Shown here in pieces: positions 19,916-30,027 of a stretch of 64,000 nt of DNA. The stretch is from Candidatus Levyibacteriota bacterium (GTDB lineage: Bacteria; Patescibacteriota; Microgenomatia; Levybacterales; UBA12049), in the NCBI GenBank assembly GCA_016199085.1, contig JACQHJ010000003.1, forward strand, positions 38,676-102,675. The letters are read 5' to 3'. Positions within the stretch are counted from its first letter, which is position 1, and the number at the start of each line of letters is the position of its first letter. Both the position numbers and the translations under genes were made by a program. The notes beneath the pieces were generated by a model. It searched no databases and was not told where the DNA came from. It was given only the letters and a program-made list of their open reading frames with translations.

Positions 19916-20566
19916 TTAGGAGTAATGCTTTACTTTTTCCTTTAGTTTATCCGTATCCACCAAAAGCTGTTTTTTATTGCTTTCAACAATTTTCTCTTTG
20001 TGCATTTTCTCAAACTGTCTGCTTACGGTTTCCCGCCTTAATCCTAGCCAGCTTGCAATATCGTCATGCTGAAGAGGAATGGTTATTAGTACTTTTTTGT
20101 CTTTCTTTTCACCAAACTTATCGCAAAAATACAATAAAAGCCCTGCAATCCTATTATATGCATCTTCAAAAACAAGCGACTCTATTCTAAGGGATAGACC
20201 TGATATAGCATCTGAAAAACGGGTAGCAAGATCAAGTAAGACTTCATTATCGCTTTCAACAAACTCCATAACTTTCTCAACCGGAGCTTTAACCGTCTCT
20301 ACGTTTTCCAAAGCCTCAAAATAATATTTGCCGTAAACTTTGCTAAGCAGGATCATAATCGGGAAAAATGAACCCGGTCTGAAGATATGCAAAGTTACTT
20401 CCTGACCGTCGGGTGAGATAGCATACATCCTCACTTTTCCCCTTTTTAAAAGGAATACGTTTTGTATTTGTCCGTCTGGATGAATAATGGTCTTTCCTTT
20501 GGTAAAACTTACTTGGGGAAACTTAGAAAAAAACTTATCAATTTTATCAACAGCGTTTTGTTGCAT
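19916..20566 (-). CDS. Crp/Fnr family transcriptional regulator
   Basis: An N-terminal cNMP-binding-like beta-roll is followed by a C-terminal HTH, DIASWLGLRRETVSRQFEKM. Confidence 0.8.
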   Translation of the reverse strand: MQQNAVDKIDKFFSKFPQVSFTKGKTIIHPDGQIQNVFLLKRGKVRMYAISPDGQEVTLHIFRPGSFFPIMILLSKVYGKYYFEALENVETVKAPVEKVMEFVESDNEVLLDLATRFSDAISGLSLRIESLVFEDAYNRIAGLLLYFCDKFGEKKDKKVLITIPLQHDDIASWLGLRRETVSRQFEKMHKEKIVESNKKQLLVDTDKLKEKVKHYS

Positions 20567-20594
20567 AATCTCAAGTCAAAGTATACAGCTATAA

Positions 20595-20606
20595 ATGACA
20601 ATTGTC
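20595..20606. promoter_or_regulatory. Perfect 12-bp palindrome TGACAATTGTCA in the divergent intergenic region between the Crp/Fnr regulator and the Nudix gene; candidate operator
   Basis: Seen directly in the sequence. Dyad symmetry like this is typical of Crp/Fnr-type sites. Confidence 0.3.
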
Positions 20607-20645
20607 ACTATTGAACTTTTATAAACTTAGAGCTATTATCTTTTC

Positions 20646-21038
20646 ATGCAACCAACCCATGCAGGCGGAATAATCGTAAACCTAAAAGGGGAAATTCTTT
20701 TAGTCTTAAATAAGCTGGGATATTGGACTTTTCCAAGAGGACATATTGAGAAAAACGAAGATATTTTAGAAGCTGCCAAAAGAGAAGTAAAAGAAGAGAC
20801 AGGAGTAGAAAACTTAGAATATGTAGGAGCTCTTGGAACTTATGAAAGAAGAAGGTTAAATAAACCTGAGGTTATAATGGTAACCCAGATGTATTTATTT
20901 AAAACCTCCCAGGATAAAGTTCAATCCCAGGATGATCAAAATCCTGATGCGAAATGGTTTAGAAAAGAAAATGTAGTAAATGCTCTTACCGCCCAGGGAG
21001 ACAAAGATTTCTTCACACAAAAACAAAACCTACTTTGA
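20646..21038 (+). CDS. NUDIX hydrolase
   Basis: Nudix box GHIEKNEDILEAAKREVKEETGV. Confidence 0.8.
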   Translation: MQPTHAGGIIVNLKGEILLVLNKLGYWTFPRGHIEKNEDILEAAKREVKEETGVENLEYVGALGTYERRRLNKPEVIMVTQMYLFKTSQDKVQSQDDQNPDAKWFRKENVVNALTAQGDKDFFTQKQNLL

Positions 21039-21665
21039 TTTAAGTTTATATTTTAACCAATCTCCGCCGTTATATCTGTTTCTTCCTTTAACATGCCAGT
21101 CATGCGGATCAGATGTCTGAATTTGATCCCAAAGCTTCTTAGCTGATTTTGTAAATAGTCTGTCTCGTACGGCATATTTTCTGCTTCCCCGCCACTTTTT
21201 CCTTAAAGGAACTCCCATAGACTCCTGCTCTTTAAGTTCAAGGTCAACATCTAAACCGTCTGCATCTTTTACTATTTTTGATTCCACTGATTTTCTTTCT
21301 TCGTATTCTTTCCAAAGAGTCAGAAATTCTTGCTCAAATAAAGTCTCAAATAGCATGTCCTTTATTCCCAGATCTTCTGCTCTCTGTACATATTGGCGCG
21401 AAAGATAATCAACGTCTCCGGCTCTGCTTTCTGCAATGTCATGGATAAGAGCCATTTTCATAATCTTATCCGTATCTTTAACCTTTTCCATCTTTGCAAT
21501 TAGCAGTGCCATCCAGATAACTCTTAAATGATGCTCTGCCAGATTTTGAAAATTGGGATTAAAAAAACGTTGCCAGCTTCTTGGGATAAATCTTAGACAT
21601 CCAATTTCATACAAAAGTTCGAGGTTTCTTTTAAATGACTTTTTCATATAAGGGATATATAACAA
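21030..21665 (-). CDS. HD-domain phosphohydrolase (YfbR-like 5'-deoxynucleotidase family)
   Basis: HHLRV...ALIHDIAESRAGD shows the H...HD...D metal-binding pattern. Confidence 0.65.
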   Translation of the reverse strand: MLYIPYMKKSFKRNLELLYEIGCLRFIPRSWQRFFNPNFQNLAEHHLRVIWMALLIAKMEKVKDTDKIMKMALIHDIAESRAGDVDYLSRQYVQRAEDLGIKDMLFETLFEQEFLTLWKEYEERKSVESKIVKDADGLDVDLELKEQESMGVPLRKKWRGSRKYAVRDRLFTKSAKKLWDQIQTSDPHDWHVKGRNRYNGGDWLKYKLKSK

Positions 21666-21737
21666 TATTGTCAGTAAAACACAATAGTTTTGTTTTTAGA
21701 CTTTTCTAATATTTACCAAGGAGTATAATATTTATTA

Positions 21738-22454
21738 ATGAGATTAAAAGCAATTCTTGTCATTTTCGTATCTCTTTTTGTTTTTTCTTTTGTTTTTTGG
21801 TACTTTAATCAAGAAAATAAAAACGTAAATATGATAAACAAAAATTCAGGAAATGGGATCACTTATGTTGCTATAGGCGATTCATATACTATTGGTTATG
21901 GTGTAAACGAAGATGAGAGATGGCCGAATGTCTTAACCGAAAATTTAAAAAAAGAGGGGATTGAAATCAGTTTGGTTTCTAACCCTTCCGTTTCGGGATA
22001 TACGGTAAGAGATGTTATTTACTTTGAACTGCCAGAGGTTGAAAGAATTAAACCTGATTTTGTAACCGTTCTGATTGGAGCAAATGACAGTTTTGGTCAA
22101 AAAGAGATAGGTTTATACCAAAAAGATTTAGTAGAACTTTTGGATAAACTTGAGGATATGCTGCCAAATCCTAAAAATATCGTTTTAATTACCATCCCCG
22201 ACTATTCAGTATCTATCCAAGCTGCAGGATTTCCTAAAAATGAATTAGTCAGACTTATCAGTCAATATAACAACGTAATTAAAAAAGAGGCTAACAAAAG
22301 AGGACTTATGGTTGCCGATATATTTCCTGTCAGTAAGAATATGACTAAAGCAAGTGATTATACTTCGGATGGCTTGCACCCTTCGGCAATAGGTTATTTA
22401 AAATGGGAGAGAGTGATCTTTCCGGTTGTTTTTGATTTATTAAAGGATAAATAA
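21738..22454 (+). CDS. SGNH/GDSL hydrolase family lipase/esterase with N-terminal TM
   Basis: GDSL motif VAIGDSYTIGYG and C-terminal DGLHPS (DxxH). Confidence 0.8.
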   Translation: MRLKAILVIFVSLFVFSFVFWYFNQENKNVNMINKNSGNGITYVAIGDSYTIGYGVNEDERWPNVLTENLKKEGIEISLVSNPSVSGYTVRDVIYFELPEVERIKPDFVTVLIGANDSFGQKEIGLYQKDLVELLDKLEDMLPNPKNIVLITIPDYSVSIQAAGFPKNELVRLISQYNNVIKKEANKRGLMVADIFPVSKNMTKASDYTSDGLHPSAIGYLKWERVIFPVVFDLLKDK

Positions 22455-22485
22455 GTGCTTCCAAATTTATCTAAAATAGGGTATA

Positions 22486-22932
22486 ATGATAGCAATGCAT
22501 AAAGATTTTTATGCAAGCGGATTTCTTTATCACCCCAAGACCCAGCAAATTCTCTTGCAACAAATAACTTCTACAAGCGATAGCCCATCTTGGACCTTAC
22601 TTGGAAAAAACTCTACTAAAGGCAGATCCGGACAAGAAGTTTTGAAAGAACTTTTACAGGAAGTCCTAAATCTTAAAATAAAAATCGATAAGATAAAAGA
22701 GGTTTATTCATATTTTTCCAAAAAATTTAACCAAGATCACAATATCTATTACGTGGAGGTAAAAAGGCTCTATAGAAAATCCCCTTTAGAAAATACTACG
22801 GTCTCATGGTTTACGTTTAAACAAATACAAAAATTAAATGTTTCAGAACAAACAAAACAGGATATTATCATAGGTCAAAGAGTTATCGATTCCTCTATTA
22901 GAAAAAGTTTGGGACAAAGAACGATCGGATAG
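22486..22932 (+). CDS. Hypothetical protein, possibly a Nudix-fold protein with a degenerate Nudix box
   Basis: GKNSTKGRSGQEVLKELLQEVLNL sits at the position of a Nudix box but lacks the catalytic glutamates. Confidence 0.3.
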   Translation: MIAMHKDFYASGFLYHPKTQQILLQQITSTSDSPSWTLLGKNSTKGRSGQEVLKELLQEVLNLKIKIDKIKEVYSYFSKKFNQDHNIYYVEVKRLYRKSPLENTTVSWFTFKQIQKLNVSEQTKQDIIIGQRVIDSSIRKSLGQRTIG

Positions 22933-22943
22933 TAAGTGAAAAC

Positions 22944-24383
22944 TTAGGGCAATTTATTTTCCAGAAGTTTTTGATAAAGATTTAAATACTCTTTGGCATT
23001 TTTTCTCCAGGAAAAATCACTGGAAAGCGCGTTTTCAACCATAGTTTCGTAAGCTTTTTTATCATTTTTCCACATTTGGGCTGCCTTTAATACTTTTTGT
23101 TCCAAAGCTTCAGAGGTATATGCGGAAAACAGAAAACCGTTGAAACCGTCTTTAATAGAATCTTTAAGCCCTCCGGTTTTGTGAGCAATTGGAATTGTTC
23201 CAAAAAGCATGGCTATCATCTGTATTAGTCCGCATGGTTCATACTTTGAGGGAATAACGATAAAATCCGAACCAGCGTATATCTGATGGGCGAGTGTATC
23301 GTCGAATTTAAAACTGCAGGAAATATATTTTGGGTAGAAAGTAGAAAGCCATGTGAATCTTTCTTCCCACGCTCTTTCTCCGGTTCCCAAAATTACAAAC
23401 TGGAATTTGGTCTGATCAACGCGTCTTAACATTCTATGTAAAATCTCCAGTCCTTTTTGTTCTTCTGAAAGCCTTCCTACAAAACAAAACATGGGAATAT
23501 TTTTATCTACCTTTAAGCCTAGCTTTTTCTGCAAAAATTCTTTATCAAGTGGCTTACCCTCTTTCCAATTGTAATATTCTATTTCTCCGTCAGTACGCTT
23601 CTCCTTTGGTCCGTAAGGAAACCTAACCGCAGGATTTCTTGCAGTATGACGCCAGTCCGTATCTATTCCATTTAAAATTCCATAAATTAGCCCCTCTTTT
23701 CCTCTAAGTATCTCATGAAGACCGGATCCGAATTCTTCCGTAAGGATTTCTCTGGCATATGTGGGACTGACTGTTGTGATAATATCCGAATGGATAATTG
23801 CTTCCTGCAAAAAGTTAATTTGTCTTGATTTAATTTCCCATTGAAGTATTTTACAAAGATGTGGATCTAGACCCATTTTCTTAATAAGATCAACCGATCC
23901 TTTTCCCTGGTGTGCAAGATTATGAATTGTCAGCATTATCTTAAGGGGTAGTTTTTCCTGTCTTATTAAAAGAGGAACAAGACCACCATGGTAGTCGTTT
24001 ACGTGGACAATGTCTATGTTCCAGTCCAGAATCTTGGTTTTAAGAAGTTCAACGACTGCTTTATCAAAAAAAGCCCAAGTCTCTACAGGAATTACTACGT
24101 TAAGATATTTTTTGTTTTTTAAAAAATATCCAATAACCTTCGTATAGGGATTTAAGGCCTGCCAGACCTCAACCTTTGTGCTTTTTCCTGCATATATAAA
24201 GCTATAACTTCCTATTTTTGTTTTTTTGTTTCTTCCGAATTTTGAGACTTTGTAGTAGGGGGTGATAACGCGGATATCGACATTTAATGCTTTTAGGGCA
24301 CCTGGTAATGATCTTGCTATATCTCCAAGTCCTCCCAGTTTGAAAAATGGATCATTTTCCCAGACAACAAAGAGTACATTCAT
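22944..24383 (-). CDS. glgA: Glycogen/starch synthase (GT5, ADP-glucose type)
   Basis: N-terminal KLGGLGDI (the KTGGLGDV motif), about 480 aa in length, and a C-terminal GT-B domain. Confidence 0.85.
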   Translation of the reverse strand: MNVLFVVWENDPFFKLGGLGDIARSLPGALKALNVDIRVITPYYKVSKFGRNKKTKIGSYSFIYAGKSTKVEVWQALNPYTKVIGYFLKNKKYLNVVIPVETWAFFDKAVVELLKTKILDWNIDIVHVNDYHGGLVPLLIRQEKLPLKIMLTIHNLAHQGKGSVDLIKKMGLDPHLCKILQWEIKSRQINFLQEAIIHSDIITTVSPTYAREILTEEFGSGLHEILRGKEGLIYGILNGIDTDWRHTARNPAVRFPYGPKEKRTDGEIEYYNWKEGKPLDKEFLQKKLGLKVDKNIPMFCFVGRLSEEQKGLEILHRMLRRVDQTKFQFVILGTGERAWEERFTWLSTFYPKYISCSFKFDDTLAHQIYAGSDFIVIPSKYEPCGLIQMIAMLFGTIPIAHKTGGLKDSIKDGFNGFLFSAYTSEALEQKVLKAAQMWKNDKKAYETMVENALSSDFSWRKNAKEYLNLYQKLLENKLP

Positions 24384-24385
24384 AT

Positions 24386-25564
24386 TTATTCCATAAAGGT
24401 TAGGGCAATACCCTTTTTATTGGCTCTACCTGTTCTTCCGATTCTATGTACATAGTCATCATATGTTGCCGGCATATCAAAATTTATCACATGGCTTACA
24501 TTTGGTATATCCAAGCCTCTTGACGCAACATCCGTTGCAATCAAAACCGAAATTTCATTGCTTTTAAACTGTTCCAAAGCCCTTTGTCTTTGTCCCTGGC
24601 TTTTATTGCCATGGATTACACCAGCTTTTATTCCCCTTCTTAAAAGCTCATTGGTAAGTCTTTGCATTCCCCATTTAGTCCTTCCGAAAACCAATACTTT
24701 TTCAAACTCTTGCAAAGACAGTAAATCATGCAACTTATCTATTTTATCATGTTTTTCTATTTTTATTACCCTTTGTTCTATATTTTCGGCTGTTATCTGT
24801 TTTTCAACGGAAACTGTAACGGGATTTGTTACAAATGACGACAATATTTCTTTTACTTTAGGAGATATTGTTGCAGAGAAAAAAAGAGACTGACGGTTTG
24901 GACTTAGAAGAGAAATAAAATATTTAATATCCCCTATAAAACCAATATCAACCATTCTATCCGCTTCATCTAAAACAACGTTATTAAAAGTTGATAAAAC
25001 AAGGCTTCTTTCCCCAATTAACTCTTTTATTCGCCCAGGTGTTCCAATAACGAAATTAATGTTTTGTCTTAGTTCATTTTTTTGCCTCCATAGACTCATT
25101 CCGCCTATACAAAGTACAGCTTTTATACCAAGGCCTTTAGAAAAATCTCTTAATTCTTCCTGAATTTGTAAAGCAAGTTCTCTGGTTGGCGTTATAATTA
25201 AAACTTTTTGGTTTCTGTTAAGAAAGACTTTGTTTATTAAAGGGATTAAGAAAGCTGCTGTTTTACCCGTTCCCGTATTGGCTATACCGATTAAATCTTT
25301 GCCCATTAAAATGTGGTCAATCGCTTGATCTTGTATTGGTGTGGGAACAGCATATTTCTTGGCTGAAATATTTGCCTTTAACTCACTAACAATTGCAAAA
25401 TCCGAAAAACCGTTTCTTGGAGAATAGTTTTCTTCTAAGCTTTCCTTTTTATTGCTTCCTATAATCTCAACAGCTCTAATTGCTTCCAGAAGTTGCCTGT
25501 TTGGAAGTTTTTTGGGCACAAAACGCCTGTTTTGCTTATGTCTTGGGTAAAACTTTTTGTACAT
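24386..25564 (-). CDS. DEAD-box ATP-dependent RNA helicase
   Basis: Motif I ANTGTGKTAAF, DEAD (VLDEADRM), SAT, and HRIGRTGR. Confidence 0.9.
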   Translation of the reverse strand: MYKKFYPRHKQNRRFVPKKLPNRQLLEAIRAVEIIGSNKKESLEENYSPRNGFSDFAIVSELKANISAKKYAVPTPIQDQAIDHILMGKDLIGIANTGTGKTAAFLIPLINKVFLNRNQKVLIITPTRELALQIQEELRDFSKGLGIKAVLCIGGMSLWRQKNELRQNINFVIGTPGRIKELIGERSLVLSTFNNVVLDEADRMVDIGFIGDIKYFISLLSPNRQSLFFSATISPKVKEILSSFVTNPVTVSVEKQITAENIEQRVIKIEKHDKIDKLHDLLSLQEFEKVLVFGRTKWGMQRLTNELLRRGIKAGVIHGNKSQGQRQRALEQFKSNEISVLIATDVASRGLDIPNVSHVINFDMPATYDDYVHRIGRTGRANKKGIALTFME

Positions 25565-25770
25565 AAATTTAGATTAAAAGAATAAAGCTGCTTAAAAAAA
25601 TGTGGATTAGAGGAAAGATACTGATTTCTAAAAAATGTGTAAAGTTACTTATCTTGTACTAATCGAAAATATTTAAAGCAGATGTATTATCTCAATCTGC
25701 CTTTACTATTTAGTATTATACCAGTTAATAAGGCATAAGTCAATAACACTATGGGATTAAACGGAAAAGG

Positions 25771-26085
25771 TTAGCGTGTGAATAATATAAGCAGGATCAA
25801 GGCTACGAGAGTAATTGCAGAAAATGAGATAAGGGTATAGGTAATTAGCGATATTGCTTCTTTCTTCTTGCCGTCCACATACATTTGAGCTGGTTGTCCA
25901 AAGATTAAAAATCCTGTTAAAGCTGCCGAAAACACAAAAAGAAGTAGCATTGCAATGGGTACAATAAACATGTTTGCTCTTCCTATTTTTATAAGAGATC
26001 CATAATACATAAATATTCCAACTGCGACTATATAAAGGGCTGTTAATGAAGCGTTGATGAAACCCTTTTTCTGTAACTGACTCAT
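25771..26085 (-). CDS. Small membrane protein, hypothetical
   Basis: Three predicted TM segments. Confidence 0.35.
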   Translation of the reverse strand: MSQLQKKGFINASLTALYIVAVGIFMYYGSLIKIGRANMFIVPIAMLLLFVFSAALTGFLIFGQPAQMYVDGKKKEAISLITYTLISFSAITLVALILLILFTR

Positions 26086-26136
26086 ACCGGCATTATATCA
26101 CTTTTTGTAAATATGCAATTTATCGCGTCGTACAAT

Positions 26137-27537
26137 CTATTTAATAGACAAAAATTGAGCATAGATAACATAGAGGCTAAATCCTCCATAGAACAAAAAT
26201 GCTAGAGCCATCACGCCAATCCTAAAAAATGATGGACGGATTGATTTTTCAAGTGAGGTCATATTAAGCCAAAGAACCAACCCAGTATGGACAAACATAG
26301 CAATAGCATTAAGTACGGCTGCTATGATTACAAGCTGCAGCGGTTCAGTAAAACCCAAAAGCAATATAATAATTCCCGCAATAATTTGTAGCCATAAGAC
26401 CAAATAATACAAAGGGCGAATGTTTTTTTCTTTTAGTCTTCCAAAAGCACCCAAAATTACATTCTCCGATAAAATCCTGCTCGTTGCATCAAATACTCCA
26501 AGCTGTGTTCCAAATAATGTAAGCGAAACGATTAAAAGGAAGAATGTCCCAACAGCGGGAAAGATTCTCTCACCGATAAATCTTGCCTCATGAATAATAA
26601 AGTTAACTCCCTGTTCAATTCCCGGCTGTCCGAAAACAGCTGAGTAAGAAAGAAGGGAAAGAAGAAGTATTGTAATCGATCCCGTGAGCCAAAAGATTAG
26701 AAAATGTTCGATATTAATATTCCTCCACCATAAATTAAATCTTTTGGTGTTCTCTGCAGTTTCTTCAAACTTAGTCCCTGTTATAGAGATTTCTTCACTT
26801 TTTCCCGTAAGTAAACTTGTAATTCTTCCTGCATACTTTCCCATACCATACCCTTTCTCCTTAATATAAAAAGACTGGGCTAGGTTAAGATTGCCTCCTG
26901 CACCTGCATAGGCGAGTGCTGCTAGAAAAGTAGCGATACTAATGCCTGCCGGAAGAAAAAGGAATCCCTCGCCAACCCCAACCGTACCCAAAAACAATGC
27001 GGTTAAGTCTTGTGGCTTGGCAAGAATAAAGCTCAGGATAAAAATTGAAGGAACGCCTATTAAGATGATAGTTTTCTGGAATACCTCAAGTGTTTTATAA
27101 AGAATTGGTCCCAATGAAAGAATTACCCCAATTAGAATTAAAAGGACTATGGCCAAATAATGAGAGTCCCCAATTCCAATAATGGTGCCTAAAAACTTGG
27201 CGGATGACGCGATTATTCCTGGCCACATCCAGGGAATAAACGTTGATATAAGAAACCAAAACGAAATTAATTTAAGTTTTCGGGAAAGACCTACAAAAAT
27301 ACTTTCACCATGAGCCAGCGCATATCTTTCTATTTCCATATTGATGAAAAACTGGAAAGTTATCCCAAGCAATGCTCCCCAAATAATTCCTAAACCGTAA
27401 TTTGCGCTAAGATAAGGCCAAAGAATTACCTCACCGCTTCCTAAACCCAGCGCCAGAAGAATAAAACTTGGACCTATTAATTTCCTTAACGACAAAGGGT
27501 CGGGCAAGAGATTAACCGATAAAGATTTAAGAGACAT
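26137..27537 (-). CDS. Polytopic membrane transporter, distantly Nramp-like (11-12 TM)
   Basis: GLGSGEVILWPYL near TM1 and AGAGGNLNLAQSFYIKEKG near TM6 resemble the Nramp DPGN/MPH regions. The match is divergent. Confidence 0.4.
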   Translation of the reverse strand: MSLKSLSVNLLPDPLSLRKLIGPSFILLALGLGSGEVILWPYLSANYGLGIIWGALLGITFQFFINMEIERYALAHGESIFVGLSRKLKLISFWFLISTFIPWMWPGIIASSAKFLGTIIGIGDSHYLAIVLLILIGVILSLGPILYKTLEVFQKTIILIGVPSIFILSFILAKPQDLTALFLGTVGVGEGFLFLPAGISIATFLAALAYAGAGGNLNLAQSFYIKEKGYGMGKYAGRITSLLTGKSEEISITGTKFEETAENTKRFNLWWRNINIEHFLIFWLTGSITILLLSLLSYSAVFGQPGIEQGVNFIIHEARFIGERIFPAVGTFFLLIVSLTLFGTQLGVFDATSRILSENVILGAFGRLKEKNIRPLYYLVLWLQIIAGIIILLLGFTEPLQLVIIAAVLNAIAMFVHTGLVLWLNMTSLEKSIRPSFFRIGVMALAFLFYGGFSLYVIYAQFLSIK

Positions 27538-27631
27538 AAGCTAATTATATAAGGCCTATTAATATTTTACCAATCGATACATCTAAAAAAATGGCTGCTT
27601 ACTAGTTGCACTCATCTGTTATAATCCAAAT

Positions 27632-28420
27632 ATGGGATTTCTTCAAGAAGGAGATCCTGCCCGCTATCATCTTGCTACTACCGAAAGCGGACTTGATATT
27701 GCTGTTCACAAAAAGGCGCTACCTAAGCCTTCTGATATTGATACTAGGCAAGCCAGTAGGCTCGCTAGGTATCTAAAACTTCCTGGCGATTTAGTTCTTC
27801 CATCTGCCGATCATGAATGGGGTTTTGGTCCTGTTCTTAGACAAATAGAAAGCCCTCATCCTGATTGGGTACTTTATTCCTGCGATCTTCCCCAAGGTCA
27901 ACAAAGGAATATAGGAAAGACCGGTGTTGCACAATCGACAACTCTATCTCTTTTATTTGAATTATTGGAAAGGGAAGGAAAGGAAACTGATTCTGTGGTA
28001 CAACAACACCAAACTGTTAATGTAATGGTCAACGGGATAGGAGTTCCCGAAGGATTTGGCTTAATTGCACACTTAAATCCTCCTCTTCTTTCTTGGCTTG
28101 GCGAAAATATGTCTGATCCCGTTTCCGAAGTTATTACCGATGCAATGATAAAAAGTTTTCATAAAATGTATGGGAGTAAACCTTCGATTTATGATGCACG
28201 AGAATTTTACGTTGATTGGCAAGAATCAGGACTATTGTTTACCTCAGTTCCTAGGGCGTTTTTTAATACTGCTCGTGGAACCGTTATTCCAGGAATGGGT
28301 TATGATATGACAACAAATAACTCTGATTTTCCGCATCAACAACTCTCTTTACTAGTAGGACTTGCAAAAATTGAAGAACTTGCAACCGGAGAATATTTCA
28401 GAAAAGCTCCCCAAGCTTAA
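27632..28420 (+). CDS. Hypothetical protein; GC-richer than its neighbours
   Basis: Long ORF with no recognisable motifs and anomalous composition. Confidence 0.4.
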   Translation: MGFLQEGDPARYHLATTESGLDIAVHKKALPKPSDIDTRQASRLARYLKLPGDLVLPSADHEWGFGPVLRQIESPHPDWVLYSCDLPQGQQRNIGKTGVAQSTTLSLLFELLEREGKETDSVVQQHQTVNVMVNGIGVPEGFGLIAHLNPPLLSWLGENMSDPVSEVITDAMIKSFHKMYGSKPSIYDAREFYVDWQESGLLFTSVPRAFFNTARGTVIPGMGYDMTTNNSDFPHQQLSLLVGLAKIEELATGEYFRKAPQA

Positions 28421-28726
28421 GTATTTAATTATTTTCTAAAGATTTATTAATATCGTAGTCTGTTTTAGGATCTTCCATTGATGCTCTCACGCTGGTTTAA
28501 GCCGCCAAATGAAAAATTACATTGGGCTTAACATCTTTTACGACTTTGTATAGTTGTTCAGAATTTCTAATGTCAACGTTATAAAATTTTGAACGAGGGT
28601 TAAGGTTTTGAGAGCTTCCCTTGCTTAAATTATCTACTACTGTTACCGCATAATCTAAACCCATAATGCATCTTGAATATGCGATCCAATAAAACCAGCG
28701 CCTCCTGTAATTAAAGCTTCTTTCAT
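28421..28726 (-). pseudogene. Remnant of an NAD-dependent epimerase/dehydratase (GalE/RmlB-like). Only about the N-terminal 95 codons remain, with a 1-nt frameshift and an in-frame TAA replacing a conserved Gln codon
   Basis: Manual translation gives MKEALITGGAGFIGSHIQDAL, then a frameshift, then MGLDYAVTVVDNLSKGSSQNL...VIFHLAA, then a stop, then TSVRASMEDPKTDYDINKSLENN. The rest of the gene is absent. Confidence 0.6.
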
Positions 28727-28846
28727 TCAGAATATTATAAGATAAATATATTTAAATAACAAATTTAGTACATAATTATTTTTTGTTATTTTAGCAATTA
28801 AAGATTTATTTAAATATTAAATTATGCTAGTATTATAAGATTAAAT

Positions 28847-30004
28847 ATGTCGAGAGAAATTAAAGAACTATCGGGTGTGAATAATAGGCCTGATATTTTG
28901 TTTGCACATAGAGATCTTGCCACAATTGATAGGGGCGGTATTTGTGTTCTTTTTAAATCATTATCTGCAGGCTTAGCGTCAAAAGGTTATAAAGTTCATT
29001 TACTAAGTACAAGAGATATATCTTTGGAGGGAGTATCAGTTCATAGGTTACCTGACATCGAAGATCCAAGAAAATATTCCCAGGTTGTCACTGAAGCAGT
29101 TGAAGATATTGATCCTTTAATAGCTGAGTGTTCAACTTGGAGGTATGAATTACTAGACTATTCAAACAGGCATGGTAGAAGATCTAGGTTAGTAGTAAGA
29201 GCTGACCCAAGTGCAGAGACATTATTTCAAAATGCTGAACATCATTCAGAAGGTGAAAGAGTTCTTTGTGCAAATGCGGATCTTATTTTAGCAGTAAGTG
29301 ATTTTGCTAAACGCGACATACAAACAAGATATGGTGTAAGTGACGACAAGATTCATGTGGTTTATAACGGAATTCCAGTAGTGGAAACTCCTACTCAAAA
29401 TTCAACTATAACATCAGGAGAAATTTTACATCCTGAATTAAATGATGCACAAAGAATACAAAGCTTAAGACTCCAAGATGTTTTAAAACCACAAAGGATT
29501 AATATTATTTGGATAGGAAAGCCAACAAGCATGAAGGGTTTCGATTTTTTAGAAGCTTTGGTTGCAAACGCTACGGATGAATTTAATTTTGTTGTTAACT
29601 TAGGTTATTCTCCCAACGAGATTATGTGGAAAGATGAAAATTATAGAAAATGTACATTTATTAGAGGTTTGAGCAAAAGCGACCAAGCAAAATTGATTAG
29701 TGGATCCGATGTGCTTTTGTCAACTTCTCGATTTGAAGGATTTGGTATTGTGGTTGCAGAAGCACTCCAGTTTGGAGTTCCTGCAGTGATAAACCTAGGG
29801 TGTGAAGTATTTAATGAATTTAAAGATATAAATGGAGTAAGTTTAGTAGATGTACTTAATCTGGAAAAAGTATACTCGACGCTAAGAGCAAGTAAACTTT
29901 TAAAAACTAGGTCATCCCTGCTTCCAGATTTTTTCACTCAAAATCAAATGGTTAATAAAAGCCTGGAATATTATCAAGAACTCTTAGGGTCTAACAAATC
30001 ATAA
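28847..30004 (+). CDS. Glycosyltransferase family 1/4 (GT-B)
   Basis: C-terminal SRFEGFGIVVAEALQFGVPAV (the EX7E motif). Confidence 0.8.
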   Translation: MSREIKELSGVNNRPDILFAHRDLATIDRGGICVLFKSLSAGLASKGYKVHLLSTRDISLEGVSVHRLPDIEDPRKYSQVVTEAVEDIDPLIAECSTWRYELLDYSNRHGRRSRLVVRADPSAETLFQNAEHHSEGERVLCANADLILAVSDFAKRDIQTRYGVSDDKIHVVYNGIPVVETPTQNSTITSGEILHPELNDAQRIQSLRLQDVLKPQRINIIWIGKPTSMKGFDFLEALVANATDEFNFVVNLGYSPNEIMWKDENYRKCTFIRGLSKSDQAKLISGSDVLLSTSRFEGFGIVVAEALQFGVPAVINLGCEVFNEFKDINGVSLVDVLNLEKVYSTLRASKLLKTRSSLLPDFFTQNQMVNKSLEYYQELLGSNKS

Positions 30005-30027
30005 GCTTATAGTTTATGATATAATAT

